Shown here piece after piece: positions 39,737-49,319 of a stretch of DNA of 64,000 bases. The notes beneath the pieces were generated by a model, which made no database searches, was not told the origin of the DNA, and worked only from the letters and a program-made list of their open reading frames with translations. Origin of the DNA: an uncultured Actinomycetes bacterium. GTDB lineage: Bacteria; Actinomycetota; Thermoleophilia; UBA2241. The stretch covers positions 288,001 through 352,000 of the forward strand of contig CAVPVX010000001.1 in assembly GCA_963709345.1 (NCBI GenBank). The letters are read 5' to 3'. A program made the translations under genes and the position numbers. How positions within the stretch are numbered: position 1 is the stretch's first letter; every line of letters starts with the position of its first letter.

Positions 39737-40372
39737 ATGATCACGCTCTACCAGGTTGAGTGGTGCCCCTCCTGCCACCGCGTGCGGCAGGTCCTGACCG
39801 AACTCGGTCTGACGTACCTCGCAGTCAACGTCGCGGCCGACCGTAACGCGCGTGCGGAGCTCGTGGCCCTCGCCGACCAGTCCGGCGTTCCCGTGCTGAC
39901 GGATGGCGACAGGATCTACGGCGATTCCGACGAGATCATCGCGTACCTCGGAGCCACGTACCCGCCCCCCGCGGACGCCGGCGAGCACACCGCACACGGC
40001 GCCTGGCGCGCCGTCAGCGCCGTGTCGCTGGCGCCGCGCGCCGCCCTCGCCCGCCTCAAGGACCTGCTGCAGCAGAACGGCTTCAAGGTGATCGCCCAGG
40101 TCAAGGGCCCAAAGATCAGCGAGCGGCTGCCCAGGGACTACGCGCTGCTTCAGGTCGCGGTGCCGGTCGCGGCCGTGAAGGCCGTGGAAGTCGACCCCAT
40201 GGCGCCGACAGCGGTGCTGCTGCCGCTCGCAGTGGTCCCGACCCAAGACGGCAACAGCGTGATCGCCGCTGCCGACCCCGTAGGTCAGGTGTGGCTGTTC
40301 GGCGAGCCCGAGCTCAACAAGGTGCAGGCGGCCGTCAAGAAGCGGCTGTCCGAGGTGCTGAAGGGACTGTGA
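39737..40372 (+). CDS. Glutaredoxin domain plus DUF302-like domain protein
   Basis: WCPSC, QSGVPVL.DG, DSDEII.YL; C-terminal L...GFKV...LLP..V...A.DP. Confidence 0.75.
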   Translation: MITLYQVEWCPSCHRVRQVLTELGLTYLAVNVAADRNARAELVALADQSGVPVLTDGDRIYGDSDEIIAYLGATYPPPADAGEHTAHGAWRAVSAVSLAPRAALARLKDLLQQNGFKVIAQVKGPKISERLPRDYALLQVAVPVAAVKAVEVDPMAPTAVLLPLAVVPTQDGNSVIAAADPVGQVWLFGEPELNKVQAAVKKRLSEVLKGL

Positions 40373-40381
40373 GCCCGTCGC

Positions 40382-41197
40382 TCATCCCCAGCGATACACC
40401 CGCAGGCTGAGCACGCCGGCGACGACGGCGACCACAGCAAGCACAATGGCGGCGGTCCAGTCCCACGTGCCGCCACTCCAGGCGCCCTGCAACAGATCGA
40501 CGCCGTACGTGAGCGGCAGGAAGTCACCGATCCTCTTCATCGTGTCGCTCATCACCTCCATGGGCACGGAGGCTCCGCTCAGGAACAGCATCACGAAGAA
40601 GAGCATCAGGCCCGCGCCTTGGGCGGCGCGCGGGCTGGGCATCACCGCCCCGAGCAGCGTACCGATGGCCGCGAAGGCTGCCGTGCAGAGCACGAACCCG
40701 GCCGCCAGCAGGCCGAGGGAGTCCGGGAAGTGCACCGGGTAGAAGGCGGCCGCGAACGCGGCGACCAACACCGCGCCGATCACGCCGAGCACCAAGGCCG
40801 CCAGCACCTGCGAGCCGAGGACGGACCAGATGGGCACGAGCGAAGCCCGGAAACGGCGGAGCACCCCCCCGCTGCGATAGTCGGTGAGCCGGGCGGGAAG
40901 CATGATCACGCCCACGGACATCGTCACTACGGCGATGTAGGCCGGCGCGTAGTAGTTCATCGCACCCGCCCCCGCGAACACCCGGTCGTCGGTAGCGCCG
41001 GGCTGGTTCCCGAACACTTCGCCCAGCACGAACATCAGCACTACCGGAAAGGCAAACGTGAACACGATCGTCATGGGCTCGCGCAAGAAGAGCTTGAGCT
41101 CGATCCACGTGAGCTTGAGCAGGACCTTCAGACCGCCGGGATGACGGATGCGGCGCCCGGCGCCGCCGGCATGAGGCATGCCGCTGCGGAGCGGCAT
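40382..41197 (-). CDS. ABC-2 type permease
   Basis: ELKLFLREP..FTFAFP, LRRFRAS, LPLTYGVDLL. Confidence 0.9.
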   Translation of the reverse strand: MPLRSGMPHAGGAGRRIRHPGGLKVLLKLTWIELKLFLREPMTIVFTFAFPVVLMFVLGEVFGNQPGATDDRVFAGAGAMNYYAPAYIAVVTMSVGVIMLPARLTDYRSGGVLRRFRASLVPIWSVLGSQVLAALVLGVIGAVLVAAFAAAFYPVHFPDSLGLLAAGFVLCTAAFAAIGTLLGAVMPSPRAAQGAGLMLFFVMLFLSGASVPMEVMSDTMKRIGDFLPLTYGVDLLQGAWSGGTWDWTAAIVLAVVAVVAGVLSLRVYRWG

Positions 41198-42108
41198 CAG
41201 TCTTCCACCAGGTGTCCGGTGAGCTTGAGGAACACGTCTTCGAGGCTCGGCTCGACGACTCGGAGGTCGTCCGGAGCGAGGCCGCGGTCCACGAGAGCCG
41301 CGGCCACATGGGCGAGCAGCGGGCCGGTGCCCTCTACCATGACCCGAGGACCTCGTCGAGTGACGCTGCGCGCGCCCGCCACCTCGCTCAGCCACTCGAG
41401 CTCGGGCACGCCGCAGGTGAACACCACCTGCTCGAACGGGTCATACCGGACCACCAACCCGCGTGGGGTATCGAGAGCGATCAGGCGGCCCTTGTCGACC
41501 ACCGCGACACGGTCGCAGAGCCGCTCCGCCTCGTCCATGAAGTGAGTGACCAGCACCACGGTGGTGCCGCGGTCGCGGATTCTCTCGATGAGGTCCCAGG
41601 CGACGCGGCGGGCGGCGGGGTCCAGCCCCGTCGTCATCTCGTCGAGAAAGACGACCTCGGGTGAGCTGACCAGCGCCAGAGCTATGAACAGGCGCTGGCG
41701 CTGCCCTCCCGAGAGACTCGAGAAGGAAGCGTTCCGCTTCTCCGCGAGCCCCCACTGCTCCAGCAGGGTGGGCCAGTCGACGGCTCCCGGGGCGAGACTG
41801 GAGAAGAGGTCGAGCGCCTCCCACACCTTGAGATGGTCGGGGAGGTGCGACTCCTGCAGCTGGCAGCCCATGCGGCCACGGAGGTCGCCGGCCTGCGTGC
41901 GCGGGTCCTTGCCGAGCACGCGCACCGTGCCGGCGGTGGCGGTCCGCAGCCCCTGCACACACTCGACGGTCGTCGTCTTGCCGGCGCCGTTCGAGCCGAG
42001 CAGACCGAAGATCTCGCCGCGCTCGACCTCGAAGGAGATATCGTCGACCGCCACGACGTGATGACCGTAGACCTTACGCAAGTGCTCGACACTGATGACG
42101 GAGGCCAT
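41197..42108 (-). CDS. ABC transporter ATP-binding protein
   Basis: GSNGAGKT, LSGGQRQRL, LDEMTTGLDP. Confidence 0.94.
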   Translation of the reverse strand: MASVISVEHLRKVYGHHVVAVDDISFEVERGEIFGLLGSNGAGKTTTVECVQGLRTATAGTVRVLGKDPRTQAGDLRGRMGCQLQESHLPDHLKVWEALDLFSSLAPGAVDWPTLLEQWGLAEKRNASFSSLSGGQRQRLFIALALVSSPEVVFLDEMTTGLDPAARRVAWDLIERIRDRGTTVVLVTHFMDEAERLCDRVAVVDKGRLIALDTPRGLVVRYDPFEQVVFTCGVPELEWLSEVAGARSVTRRGPRVMVEGTGPLLAHVAAALVDRGLAPDDLRVVEPSLEDVFLKLTGHLVED

Positions 42109-42123
42109 GCCGTTGAGCGTACC

Positions 42124-42528
42124 CTACGGCGCCGGAGTCACGCCGTCGGCGCGCTCGTGCACCCAGACCGGCTCCAGTGTCCCGTCGGGGAGCTCGAGGT
42201 CGACGACCAGCTGGCCGTTCCCGCCCTGACTGACCCGCAGATCGGACTTGCGCGGGACGCCGGGAGGTGGCGAGGCGTTGGACTCGCCGTCGACGTTCGC
42301 CAGCACGCATGCGATGTACCCGTCTTCGACCGTGCCGAGGACCGTCCGATCCATCCCGCTCGTCAGGTTCACGAACGTGAGCGACGCGCCATCAACCTGC
42401 AGCGCAATGCTGAGCGTGAAGTCCGGATTCGGCGTTCCCGCCTCGACACGGTGCCACGTCCCGACGTAGGCGCCGAGCCCGCTGACGGCCGAGCCGCCGA
42501 CGCGGAGCGTGCCGCGCCCCCTGGTCAC
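42124..42528 (-). CDS. Hypothetical protein
   Basis: GTGA overlap with the accA stop; beta-rich; no recognised motif. Confidence 0.55.
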   Translation of the reverse strand: MTRGRGTLRVGGSAVSGLGAYVGTWHRVEAGTPNPDFTLSIALQVDGASLTFVNLTSGMDRTVLGTVEDGYIACVLANVDGESNASPPPGVPRKSDLRVSQGGNGQLVVDLELPDGTLEPVWVHERADGVTPAP

Positions 42529-43553
42529 TCGAGCGTCGTGGAATAGCCGCCGAACAGGGACATGCTACCGGGCGGCTGCTCGGGGTCGCTCCAGCGACCG
42601 AGACGGCGAAAGCGCTCGCGTCGCTGCCGGCGGCGTGCCTGCGGAGGTATCTGGTCGAGCTCGGCGAGGGTCTCCGCGATCGCCTCGCCGAGCCGCTGCG
42701 CCGTGGCCTCCGGGTGGTGATGAGCGCCACCGCGAGACTCCGCCACGACGCGCTCGACGGCCCCGAGCTGGAGCAGGTGCGAGGCGGTCGGGCGCAGCGC
42801 CTCGGCCGCCTGCGGCGCGAAGTCGGCGTCACGCCACAGGATCGCGGCACAGCCCTCGGGGGTGATCACCGAGTACGTGGAGTTCTCCAGCATGAGCACA
42901 CGGTCGGCGACCGCGAGGGCGAGAGCTCCGCCGGAGCCGCCCTCGCCGATGATGGTCGCGATCACGGGCACGGTGAGACGGGCCATGGTGAGCAGGCTTT
43001 CCGCGATGGCTCGCGCCTGCCCGCCCTCCTCCGCGGCGACACCCGGGTACGCACCCGGGGTGTCGACGAAGGTGAGCACCGGCAATCCGTGGCGCTCCGC
43101 CAGCCGAAACAGCCGCTGCGCCTTGCGATAGCCCTCGGGTCGAGCCATGCCGAAGTTGTGCACCGTCTGCTCGTCGAGGGTGCGCCCCTTCTGGTGGCCG
43201 ACGACGAGCACGGCCCGGCCGTGGAACCAGCCGAGCCCGCCGACGATCGCCGGGTCGTCGGCGCCCAGGCGGTCGCCCTTGAGCTCCTCGAACCCGTCGA
43301 CGAGCAGGCCGATGTAGTCGCGCGTGCGTGGGCGCTCCTTGTGGCGCGCCAGCTCGACGGTGACCCAGATGTCATGGCGACTACTCTCGCGCCGGAGGCC
43401 CCTCAGCCTCCCCTGGATCTTCTCGATCTCCTCTGACAAGTGAACGCCGGGCATAAGTGGCAAGCGTCCGAGCTCGCCCAAGCGTTGCCTGAGCCAGCCG
43501 GCCTGTGCGTCGTGCTCCCGCTTCGTCTCCTTCTCCTCGGTCAGGTTCCTCAC
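42525..43553 (-). CDS. accA: Acetyl-CoA carboxylase carboxyltransferase alpha subunit
   Basis: ARH..RP, GDR..DD.AIVGG, GHQKG, PEGYRKA, DTPGAYPG, GEGGSGGAL; start uncertain, may be fused to accD. Confidence 0.92.
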   Translation of the reverse strand: MRNLTEEKETKREHDAQAGWLRQRLGELGRLPLMPGVHLSEEIEKIQGRLRGLRRESSRHDIWVTVELARHKERPRTRDYIGLLVDGFEELKGDRLGADDPAIVGGLGWFHGRAVLVVGHQKGRTLDEQTVHNFGMARPEGYRKAQRLFRLAERHGLPVLTFVDTPGAYPGVAAEEGGQARAIAESLLTMARLTVPVIATIIGEGGSGGALALAVADRVLMLENSTYSVITPEGCAAILWRDADFAPQAAEALRPTASHLLQLGAVERVVAESRGGAHHHPEATAQRLGEAIAETLAELDQIPPQARRRQRRERFRRLGRWSDPEQPPGSMSLFGGYSTTLE

Positions 43554-44373
43554 CCCCTCCCAGAAGTCGCAGGTAGTTGCCGACCTTGACCCGGAGGTCC
43601 TTGCGCGCGACGACCGCGTCGAGGTGGCCCAGTTCCAGATTGCGCTCGGCGCTGCCAAAGCCCTCGGGCAGCGTCTCCCGCGTGGTCTCCGCGATCACGC
43701 GCGGACCCGAGAAGCTGAGCAGCGCTCCGGGCTCGGCGATACAGATGTCGGCGAGCGTCGCGAAGCTCGCGACTACGCCGCCGGTGCATGGGTCGACGAG
43801 GACGGCCACGAACGGCGATGTGGCCTCGTTGATCACGTCCACCGCGCAGCTTGTCTTGGCCATCTGCATGAGGCTGAGAATGCCCTCCTGCATGCGCGCG
43901 CCGCCGGAGCTGCAGACCGCCACCAGCGGCAGGTCTTCCCCGGCGGCCAGCTCGGCGCTGCGCCAGAGCTTCTCGCCGACGACGCTGCCCATGCTCCCGC
44001 CCATGAAGCCGAAGTCCATGACGGCGAGCACGCACGGCGTACCGTCGATGCTCGCCGTGCCGGTGACGATAGCCTCGCTCAGGCCGGTCTTGGCCTGTGC
44101 CTCGCGGACCCGCTCCGGGTACTTCTCGACATCGGTGAAGTCGAGCGGGTCAAGCGTCGTGACCATCGTCCACAGCTCACGGAACGTGCTCTCGTCCGCA
44201 AGCTGCCGGATGCGCTCACGAGCGCCGATGCGGACGTGGTGGCCGCAGTGCGGGCACACCATCAGATTGTCGCGGACCTCGTGGCTCCTGGCGCCCTCGC
44301 CACACGAGGGACAGACCCATTCGGGCTTCGCCGGCTCGTTGTTGCGGCGCTCGATCTCGACGGTGACGTTCAT
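43381..44373 (-). CDS. accD: Acetyl-CoA carboxylase carboxyltransferase beta subunit
   Basis: CPSC...CPHC zinc finger, FMGGSMGSVVGEK, SGGARMQEG, GPRVI; aberrant tail overlaps accA. Confidence 0.92.
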   Translation of the reverse strand: MNVTVEIERRNNEPAKPEWVCPSCGEGARSHEVRDNLMVCPHCGHHVRIGARERIRQLADESTFRELWTMVTTLDPLDFTDVEKYPERVREAQAKTGLSEAIVTGTASIDGTPCVLAVMDFGFMGGSMGSVVGEKLWRSAELAAGEDLPLVAVCSSGGARMQEGILSLMQMAKTSCAVDVINEATSPFVAVLVDPCTGGVVASFATLADICIAEPGALLSFSGPRVIAETTRETLPEGFGSAERNLELGHLDAVVARKDLRVKVGNYLRLLGGGEEPDRGEGDEAGARRTGRLAQATLGRARTLATYARRSLVRGDREDPGEAEGPPARE

Positions 44374-44418
44374 GGGTGAGCGACTGCCCTCTTCGGGGGC
44401 CGGGTCACGACGACGGCC

Positions 44419-45675
44419 TCAGCCGTCGTAGCGACGGAAGACGAGGGCGACGTTGTGACCGCCGAAGCCAAAGCTGTTGCTGGCGGCAACGTCGACCTTC
44501 TGGAACCTCGACTCGAGCGGCACGTAGTCGAGGTCGCACTCCGGGTCGGGATCGGTCAGATTGATCGTCGGCGGAATCAGGCTGTTGACCATGGTCAGGA
44601 CCGTGGCGACCGCCTCGATGGCGCCTGCGGCGCCGAGGCAGTGGCCGATCATCGACTTGTTCGACGAGATGGCGACTTCGTACGCGTGGTCTCCGAGCGC
44701 CTGCTTGATGGCGCGGGTCTCGGCGATGTCGCCGGCGCCGGTCGCGGTGCCGTGCGCGTTCACGTAGTCGACCGCGTCCGGCTCGAGCCCGGCCTCCGCC
44801 AGGGCCATACGGACCGCGCGGGCCTGCGACTCGCCGCTCTCGTCCGGCAGGGTCATGTGGAAGGCGTCGCTGCTCATCCCGCTGCCGGCCAGTTCGGCGT
44901 AGATCCGGGCGCCGCGAGCCTGGGCGTGCCCGAGCTCCTCGAGCACGAGACAGCCGGAGCCCTCGCCGACCACGAATCCGTCACGGCCGGAATCGAACGG
45001 CCGTGAGGCGTGCCGGGGATCATCGTTGCGCGTGCTCAGAGCGCGCGCCGCCGCGAAGCCGGAGATGCCGACGGGGCTGATCGGCGCCTCGCTGCCGCCG
45101 GCGAACATGACGTCCGCGTCGCCGTGGCGGATGATCCGCGCCGCGTAGCCGATCGCGTCGGACCCGGCGGCGCACGCGGTGCAGGTGGCGCTCAGCGGGC
45201 CCTTGGTACCCAACTCCAGTGAGACATGCGCGGCGCCCATGTTGGGAATCATCATCGGGACCAGCAGCGGATTCGTCCGGTCGGGACCCTGATGCAGCAA
45301 CTTGTCGGTCTCGGTGTGCAGTGTCTGCAGGCCCCCGACGCCGCTGCCGACGACCGCGCCGACCCTGTCCGACTCGGGCCGCGCGTCGAACCCGGCGTCG
45401 GCGGCCGCGTCCTTGGCCGCCGCGACGGCGTAGCGGCTGAAGAGGTCGAGTCTGCGCACCTTGCGCTTGTCGATGTAGGCCTCGGCATCGAAATCCTGGA
45501 CCTCGGCGGCGATGTGGACCTTGTAGCCCGTCGTATCGAAGCGGGTGATCTCGCCGACACCGGAGTCACCGGCGATGAGACGGCGCCAGAAGGTGTCGAC
45601 GTCGTTGCCGAGCGGCGAGATCACGCCGAGCCCGGTGACGACGACCCTCCGATTCTGTGCGAGTGCGCGTTCCAC
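44419..45675 (-). CDS. fabF: Beta-ketoacyl-ACP synthase II
   Basis: VVVTGLG, TACAAG, NAHGT, KSMIGHCLGAAG, NSFGFGGHN. Confidence 0.96.
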   Translation of the reverse strand: MERALAQNRRVVVTGLGVISPLGNDVDTFWRRLIAGDSGVGEITRFDTTGYKVHIAAEVQDFDAEAYIDKRKVRRLDLFSRYAVAAAKDAAADAGFDARPESDRVGAVVGSGVGGLQTLHTETDKLLHQGPDRTNPLLVPMMIPNMGAAHVSLELGTKGPLSATCTACAAGSDAIGYAARIIRHGDADVMFAGGSEAPISPVGISGFAAARALSTRNDDPRHASRPFDSGRDGFVVGEGSGCLVLEELGHAQARGARIYAELAGSGMSSDAFHMTLPDESGESQARAVRMALAEAGLEPDAVDYVNAHGTATGAGDIAETRAIKQALGDHAYEVAISSNKSMIGHCLGAAGAIEAVATVLTMVNSLIPPTINLTDPDPECDLDYVPLESRFQKVDVAASNSFGFGGHNVALVFRRYDG

Positions 45676-45685
45676 GAGACTCCCG

Positions 45686-46441
45686 TCAGATCCCGAGGCC
45701 GCCGTCGACGGGCAGGACGACGCCCGTGAGGAACCGCGCCTGCGGCGAGGCCAGGTAGACGACCGCAGCGGCAACATCCTCGGTCGTCCCGATGCTCTTG
45801 AGTGGTGTCGCGTCCACGATCATCTGCCTCGTCTCTTCCGGCAACGCCTGGGTCATCGGTGTGTCGATGTAGCCGGGAGCGATGGCGTTGACACGCACGC
45901 CGCGCGCGCCGAGCTCCTTGGCCAGCGACTTGGTGAGGCCGATGATCCCCGCCTTCGCCGCAGCGTAGTTCGCCTGGCCCGCGTTCCCGCGACGGCCGAC
46001 CACACTGGAGAGGTTGATGATACAGCCGGCGCGGCGGCGGAACATCCTGCGCGCCGCCGCCTTGCTGACCAGGAAGGTCCCGCGCAGGTGAGTCGCGATC
46101 ACCGCGTCGAAGTCCGCCGGGTCCATCATCATGGCCACGTTGTCGCGAGTGATGCCGGCGTTGTTGACGACGATACCGAGTGGGCCGAGGTCCTTCTCGG
46201 CACGCTCGACCATGCCGCTCACCTGCTCCTCGTCCGATACGTCGCCCATGACGACGAGTCCCCTGCGCCCGAGCCCCTCGATCTCGGCAACCACCGCGGC
46301 GCAGGCGTCGGCGCCGGCAAAGTCGTTGACGGCCACGTCGGCGCCGGCGGACGCGAGGGCGAGGGCGATGCCGCGGCCAATACCGCGGCCGGCACCGGTC
46401 ACGAGGGCCGTCGCGCCGGTCAAGTCCAGTTCTACTGTCAC
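45686..46441 (-). CDS. fabG: 3-oxoacyl-ACP reductase
   Basis: TGAGRGIG, NNAGITRD, GQANYAAAKAG. Confidence 0.95.
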   Translation of the reverse strand: MTVELDLTGATALVTGAGRGIGRGIALALASAGADVAVNDFAGADACAAVVAEIEGLGRRGLVVMGDVSDEEQVSGMVERAEKDLGPLGIVVNNAGITRDNVAMMMDPADFDAVIATHLRGTFLVSKAAARRMFRRRAGCIINLSSVVGRRGNAGQANYAAAKAGIIGLTKSLAKELGARGVRVNAIAPGYIDTPMTQALPEETRQMIVDATPLKSIGTTEDVAAAVVYLASPQARFLTGVVLPVDGGLGI

Positions 46442-47370
46442 ACGTCCTCCAGATAGCGGCCGTCGTCGCGCAGCGCCTGCAGCGTCTCCAGGTCGGAGAC
46501 GCGAGCGGTCTGCGCCCGAGGCTCGATGCGCTTGACGAGGCCGGTGAGCACCGCGCCCGGGCCGACCTCCAAGTACGAATCATAACCCGCCGCAAACAAG
46601 GTGCTCACCGACTGGCCGAAGCGGACGGGTGAGATGAGCTGCCGCTGCAGGAGCTCAGTGAACGAATCGGTCTCGAAGTCGACGCTGCAGCCCGAGAAAA
46701 ACGCGGGGTCCGGAGTCCTCCACTCGGTGCGCTCGAACTCCTCCCGCAGCGGTTCGAGCGCCGACTCCACGAGCGGCGAGTGGAAGGCGCCGCTCACGGC
46801 GAGCGGGATGACTCTCTTGGCCCCGGCCGCCTTGGCCTTCTCACCGAACTCCTCCAAAGAGGCCTTGCAGCCGCTCACGACGACCTGGCCGGGACAGTTG
46901 AAGTTAGCCGGCCAGACGCCGTCCTGCTCGGCGCAGAGCGCGTCGATGACGGCGTCGTCCAGCCCGATGATCGCGGTCATGCCGCCCGGATTGGCATCGG
47001 CGGCGCGCAGCATCTCCTGACCGCGCCGCCGCACGATGCGCAGCGCGTCGACGAAGTCCACTGCGCCGGTCGCGACCAGCGCTGAGAACTCACCCAGGCT
47101 GTGTCCGATAGCCACGTCGAAGCGTAAGCCCTCTTCGCGCAGAACGCGGAGCATGCCGACGGCTGCGGCCAGAAGCGCCGGCTGCGTGAAGTCGGTGCGC
47201 GAGAGCTGGTCCGCAGGACCTTCGGCGCAGAGACACTCGAGATCGTAGCCGAGCACGACGGAGGCGTCCGCGTAGGTCTCGCGCATCGCGGAGTGCGCGG
47301 CGACGAGGTCGCAGCCCATGCCGAGGGCCTGCGATCCCTGGCCAGGGAACATGACGACGAGTCTCTGCAC
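46438..47370 (-). CDS. fabD: Malonyl-CoA:ACP transacylase
   Basis: FPGQGSQ, GHSLGE, VSGAFHS. Confidence 0.96.
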   Translation of the reverse strand: MQRLVVMFPGQGSQALGMGCDLVAAHSAMRETYADASVVLGYDLECLCAEGPADQLSRTDFTQPALLAAAVGMLRVLREEGLRFDVAIGHSLGEFSALVATGAVDFVDALRIVRRRGQEMLRAADANPGGMTAIIGLDDAVIDALCAEQDGVWPANFNCPGQVVVSGCKASLEEFGEKAKAAGAKRVIPLAVSGAFHSPLVESALEPLREEFERTEWRTPDPAFFSGCSVDFETDSFTELLQRQLISPVRFGQSVSTLFAAGYDSYLEVGPGAVLTGLVKRIEPRAQTARVSDLETLQALRDDGRYLEDV

Positions 47371-47377
47371 GGGGGCT

Positions 47378-48385
47378 CTACAGCTCCCACTTCGTGAGGC
47401 AGGAGCCCCAGGTCAGTCCCGCGCCGAAGCCCGCCAGGAGCAACGTGTCCCCCTTCTTGAGGCGGCCGCTCTCGCTGGCCTCGTGCAAGCAGATAGGGAT
47501 CGATGCGCAGGACGTGTTGCCGTAGCGGTCGAGGTTGGCGAACACCTGGCCCTCGCGCATGCCCAGCCGGCGAGACGCCGACTCGATGATGCGGATGTTG
47601 GCCTGATGTGGCACGAAAAGGTCCACATCTTCGACGCCGATCCCCGCATCGTCAAGCACCTTGCGGCACGACTCGGCGACCGTGCGCGTCGCGAACTTGA
47701 ACACCTCGCTGCCGCTCATGTGCATGGCGTGCTCGTGGTCGCGGACCGTCTCGAACGTGGCCGGCATGCGGCTGCCGCCGGCCGGCACGAGCAGGTCTGC
47801 GGCGCCGCTGCCGTCGTTGCCCAGGTCGAAGCTGAAGATGCTGCCGTTGTCGGTGGGCTGCACGAGCACCGCGCCGGCGCCGTCGCCGAAGAGCACGCAG
47901 GTGCTGCGGTCCTCCCAGTCCACCATCTTGCTGAGCACCTCGGCGCCGATCACGAGGACGTTCTTGTAGATGTTGGCCGAGACGAAGGCGGTGGCGATCG
48001 CGAGGCCGTACACGAAGCCGGTACAGCCGGCCTGCACGTCGAAGGCACCGGCCTTGGTCGCATGTATCTTCTCGGCCACGATCGACGCCGTGGCGGGCAT
48101 GATGTGGTCCGGCGAGATCGTCGTGACGATGACGAGGTCGAGCTCGTCGGCGGCGAACCCGGCCGACTCGAGGCAGCGGCGCGCGGCGATCTCCCCGAGG
48201 TCACTCGCCGCCTGGTCGACCCGTGCGATGCGGCGCTCGCGGATGCCGGTCCGAGTGAGGATCCACTCGTCCGAGGTATCGAGGAACTGGCTGATCTCGT
48301 CATTGGTGAGCACGCGCTCGGGCACATGCACACCGAGAGCGCTGATGCGCGCCCCGCGCACGAGGCCGCGACGGAGACCGATCAC
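47378..48385 (-). CDS. fabH: Beta-ketoacyl-ACP synthase III
   Basis: WILTRTGI, AGCTGF, FGDGAGA, PHQANIRII, GNTS, GFGAGLTWG. Confidence 0.96.
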   Translation of the reverse strand: MIGLRRGLVRGARISALGVHVPERVLTNDEISQFLDTSDEWILTRTGIRERRIARVDQAASDLGEIAARRCLESAGFAADELDLVIVTTISPDHIMPATASIVAEKIHATKAGAFDVQAGCTGFVYGLAIATAFVSANIYKNVLVIGAEVLSKMVDWEDRSTCVLFGDGAGAVLVQPTDNGSIFSFDLGNDGSGAADLLVPAGGSRMPATFETVRDHEHAMHMSGSEVFKFATRTVAESCRKVLDDAGIGVEDVDLFVPHQANIRIIESASRRLGMREGQVFANLDRYGNTSCASIPICLHEASESGRLKKGDTLLLAGFGAGLTWGSCLTKWEL

Positions 48386-48891
48386 AGCTTCGCCTGTCCC
48401 GCGGCAACGGCCTCCGCGTCGACGATCGCGAACAGCAGCTCGCCGCGGCACGCCAGCTGGCCGCCGACGGTCGCCTTGACCTTGGCGCGGCCGACGGGTC
48501 CGTGGACAGCGACGATCTCGGCCTCGAGACGGAGCGTGTCGCCGGGCTTGCACACGCGCTTGAAGCGGACCTTGTCGATGCCGGCGAAGAGGCCGACCTT
48601 GCCGCCGCCCGGGCCCGCATCGGCCGCTGAGTGGGCGGCGGCCGCCGCGCCTTCTGCGGGCGGAGCGGTGGCCGCCGCGATCGTCGCCGTCTGGGCGAGC
48701 GCCTCGACGATGAGCACGCCGGGCATCACCGGGTTGCCGGGGAAGTGCCCGGCGAACCAGTAGTCGTCGTCGCGAAGCGTGCGCGTCGCTACGCAGCGCA
48801 CGCCTTCGACGCCGTCGACGACTTCGTCCACGAGCAGGAAGGGCGGCCGATGCGGAAGCAGGTCGAGGACCTGCTCGTGGGAGAGATTCAC
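48382..48891 (-). CDS. fabZ: 3-hydroxyacyl-ACP dehydratase
   Basis: LPHRPPFLLVD, GHFPGNPVMPGVLIVEALAQ; Ala-rich loop insertion. Confidence 0.95.
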   Translation of the reverse strand: MNLSHEQVLDLLPHRPPFLLVDEVVDGVEGVRCVATRTLRDDDYWFAGHFPGNPVMPGVLIVEALAQTATIAAATAPPAEGAAAAAHSAADAGPGGGKVGLFAGIDKVRFKRVCKPGDTLRLEAEIVAVHGPVGRAKVKATVGGQLACRGELLFAIVDAEAVAAGQAKL

Positions 48892-49319
48892 AGTGTCTCC
48901 AGTTCCCTGGAGCGGCGCAAATGCCGGCGCTCGAGCTGGATGATGACGGCGGCGGCGGCGATGCCGGCGCCGATGACGTTCTTGACGGGGATGGTGCGGC
49001 CCCCCGGCAGCGGGATGCGGCCGAGCGTTTCGTCGAGCCTGTCCAGCGCGTCGTTGACGGCTCGGCCGAACGGCCTCAGCGAACCGGGAGCCGGCTCGGC
49101 CTCAACCGCGGCCATGACCCTATCGGCGAACCCCGGCGGCGTGGCCAGCTCGAGCCGGCCCCACTCGGCGAGCGCTACGCGCACCGCGGCCGTCTGGGCG
49201 AGCTCCGCGGCGCAGTCCGGGCAGAAGCTCAGGTGAGCTTGGAGCTCCGCGACCTCGAGGTAGCCCGTCTCCCCGTCGATGTACTCGTTGATGCGCTCGC
49301 GAAAGTAGCTGCAGTCCAT
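48888..49319 (-). CDS. Zinc-binding anti-sigma factor (zf-HC2)
   Basis: C...Y.DGE......HLSFCPDC; C-terminal hydrophobic helix. Confidence 0.9.
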   Translation of the reverse strand: MDCSYFRERINEYIDGETGYLEVAELQAHLSFCPDCAAELAQTAAVRVALAEWGRLELATPPGFADRVMAAVEAEPAPGSLRPFGRAVNDALDRLDETLGRIPLPGGRTIPVKNVIGAGIAAAAVIIQLERRHLRRSRELETL

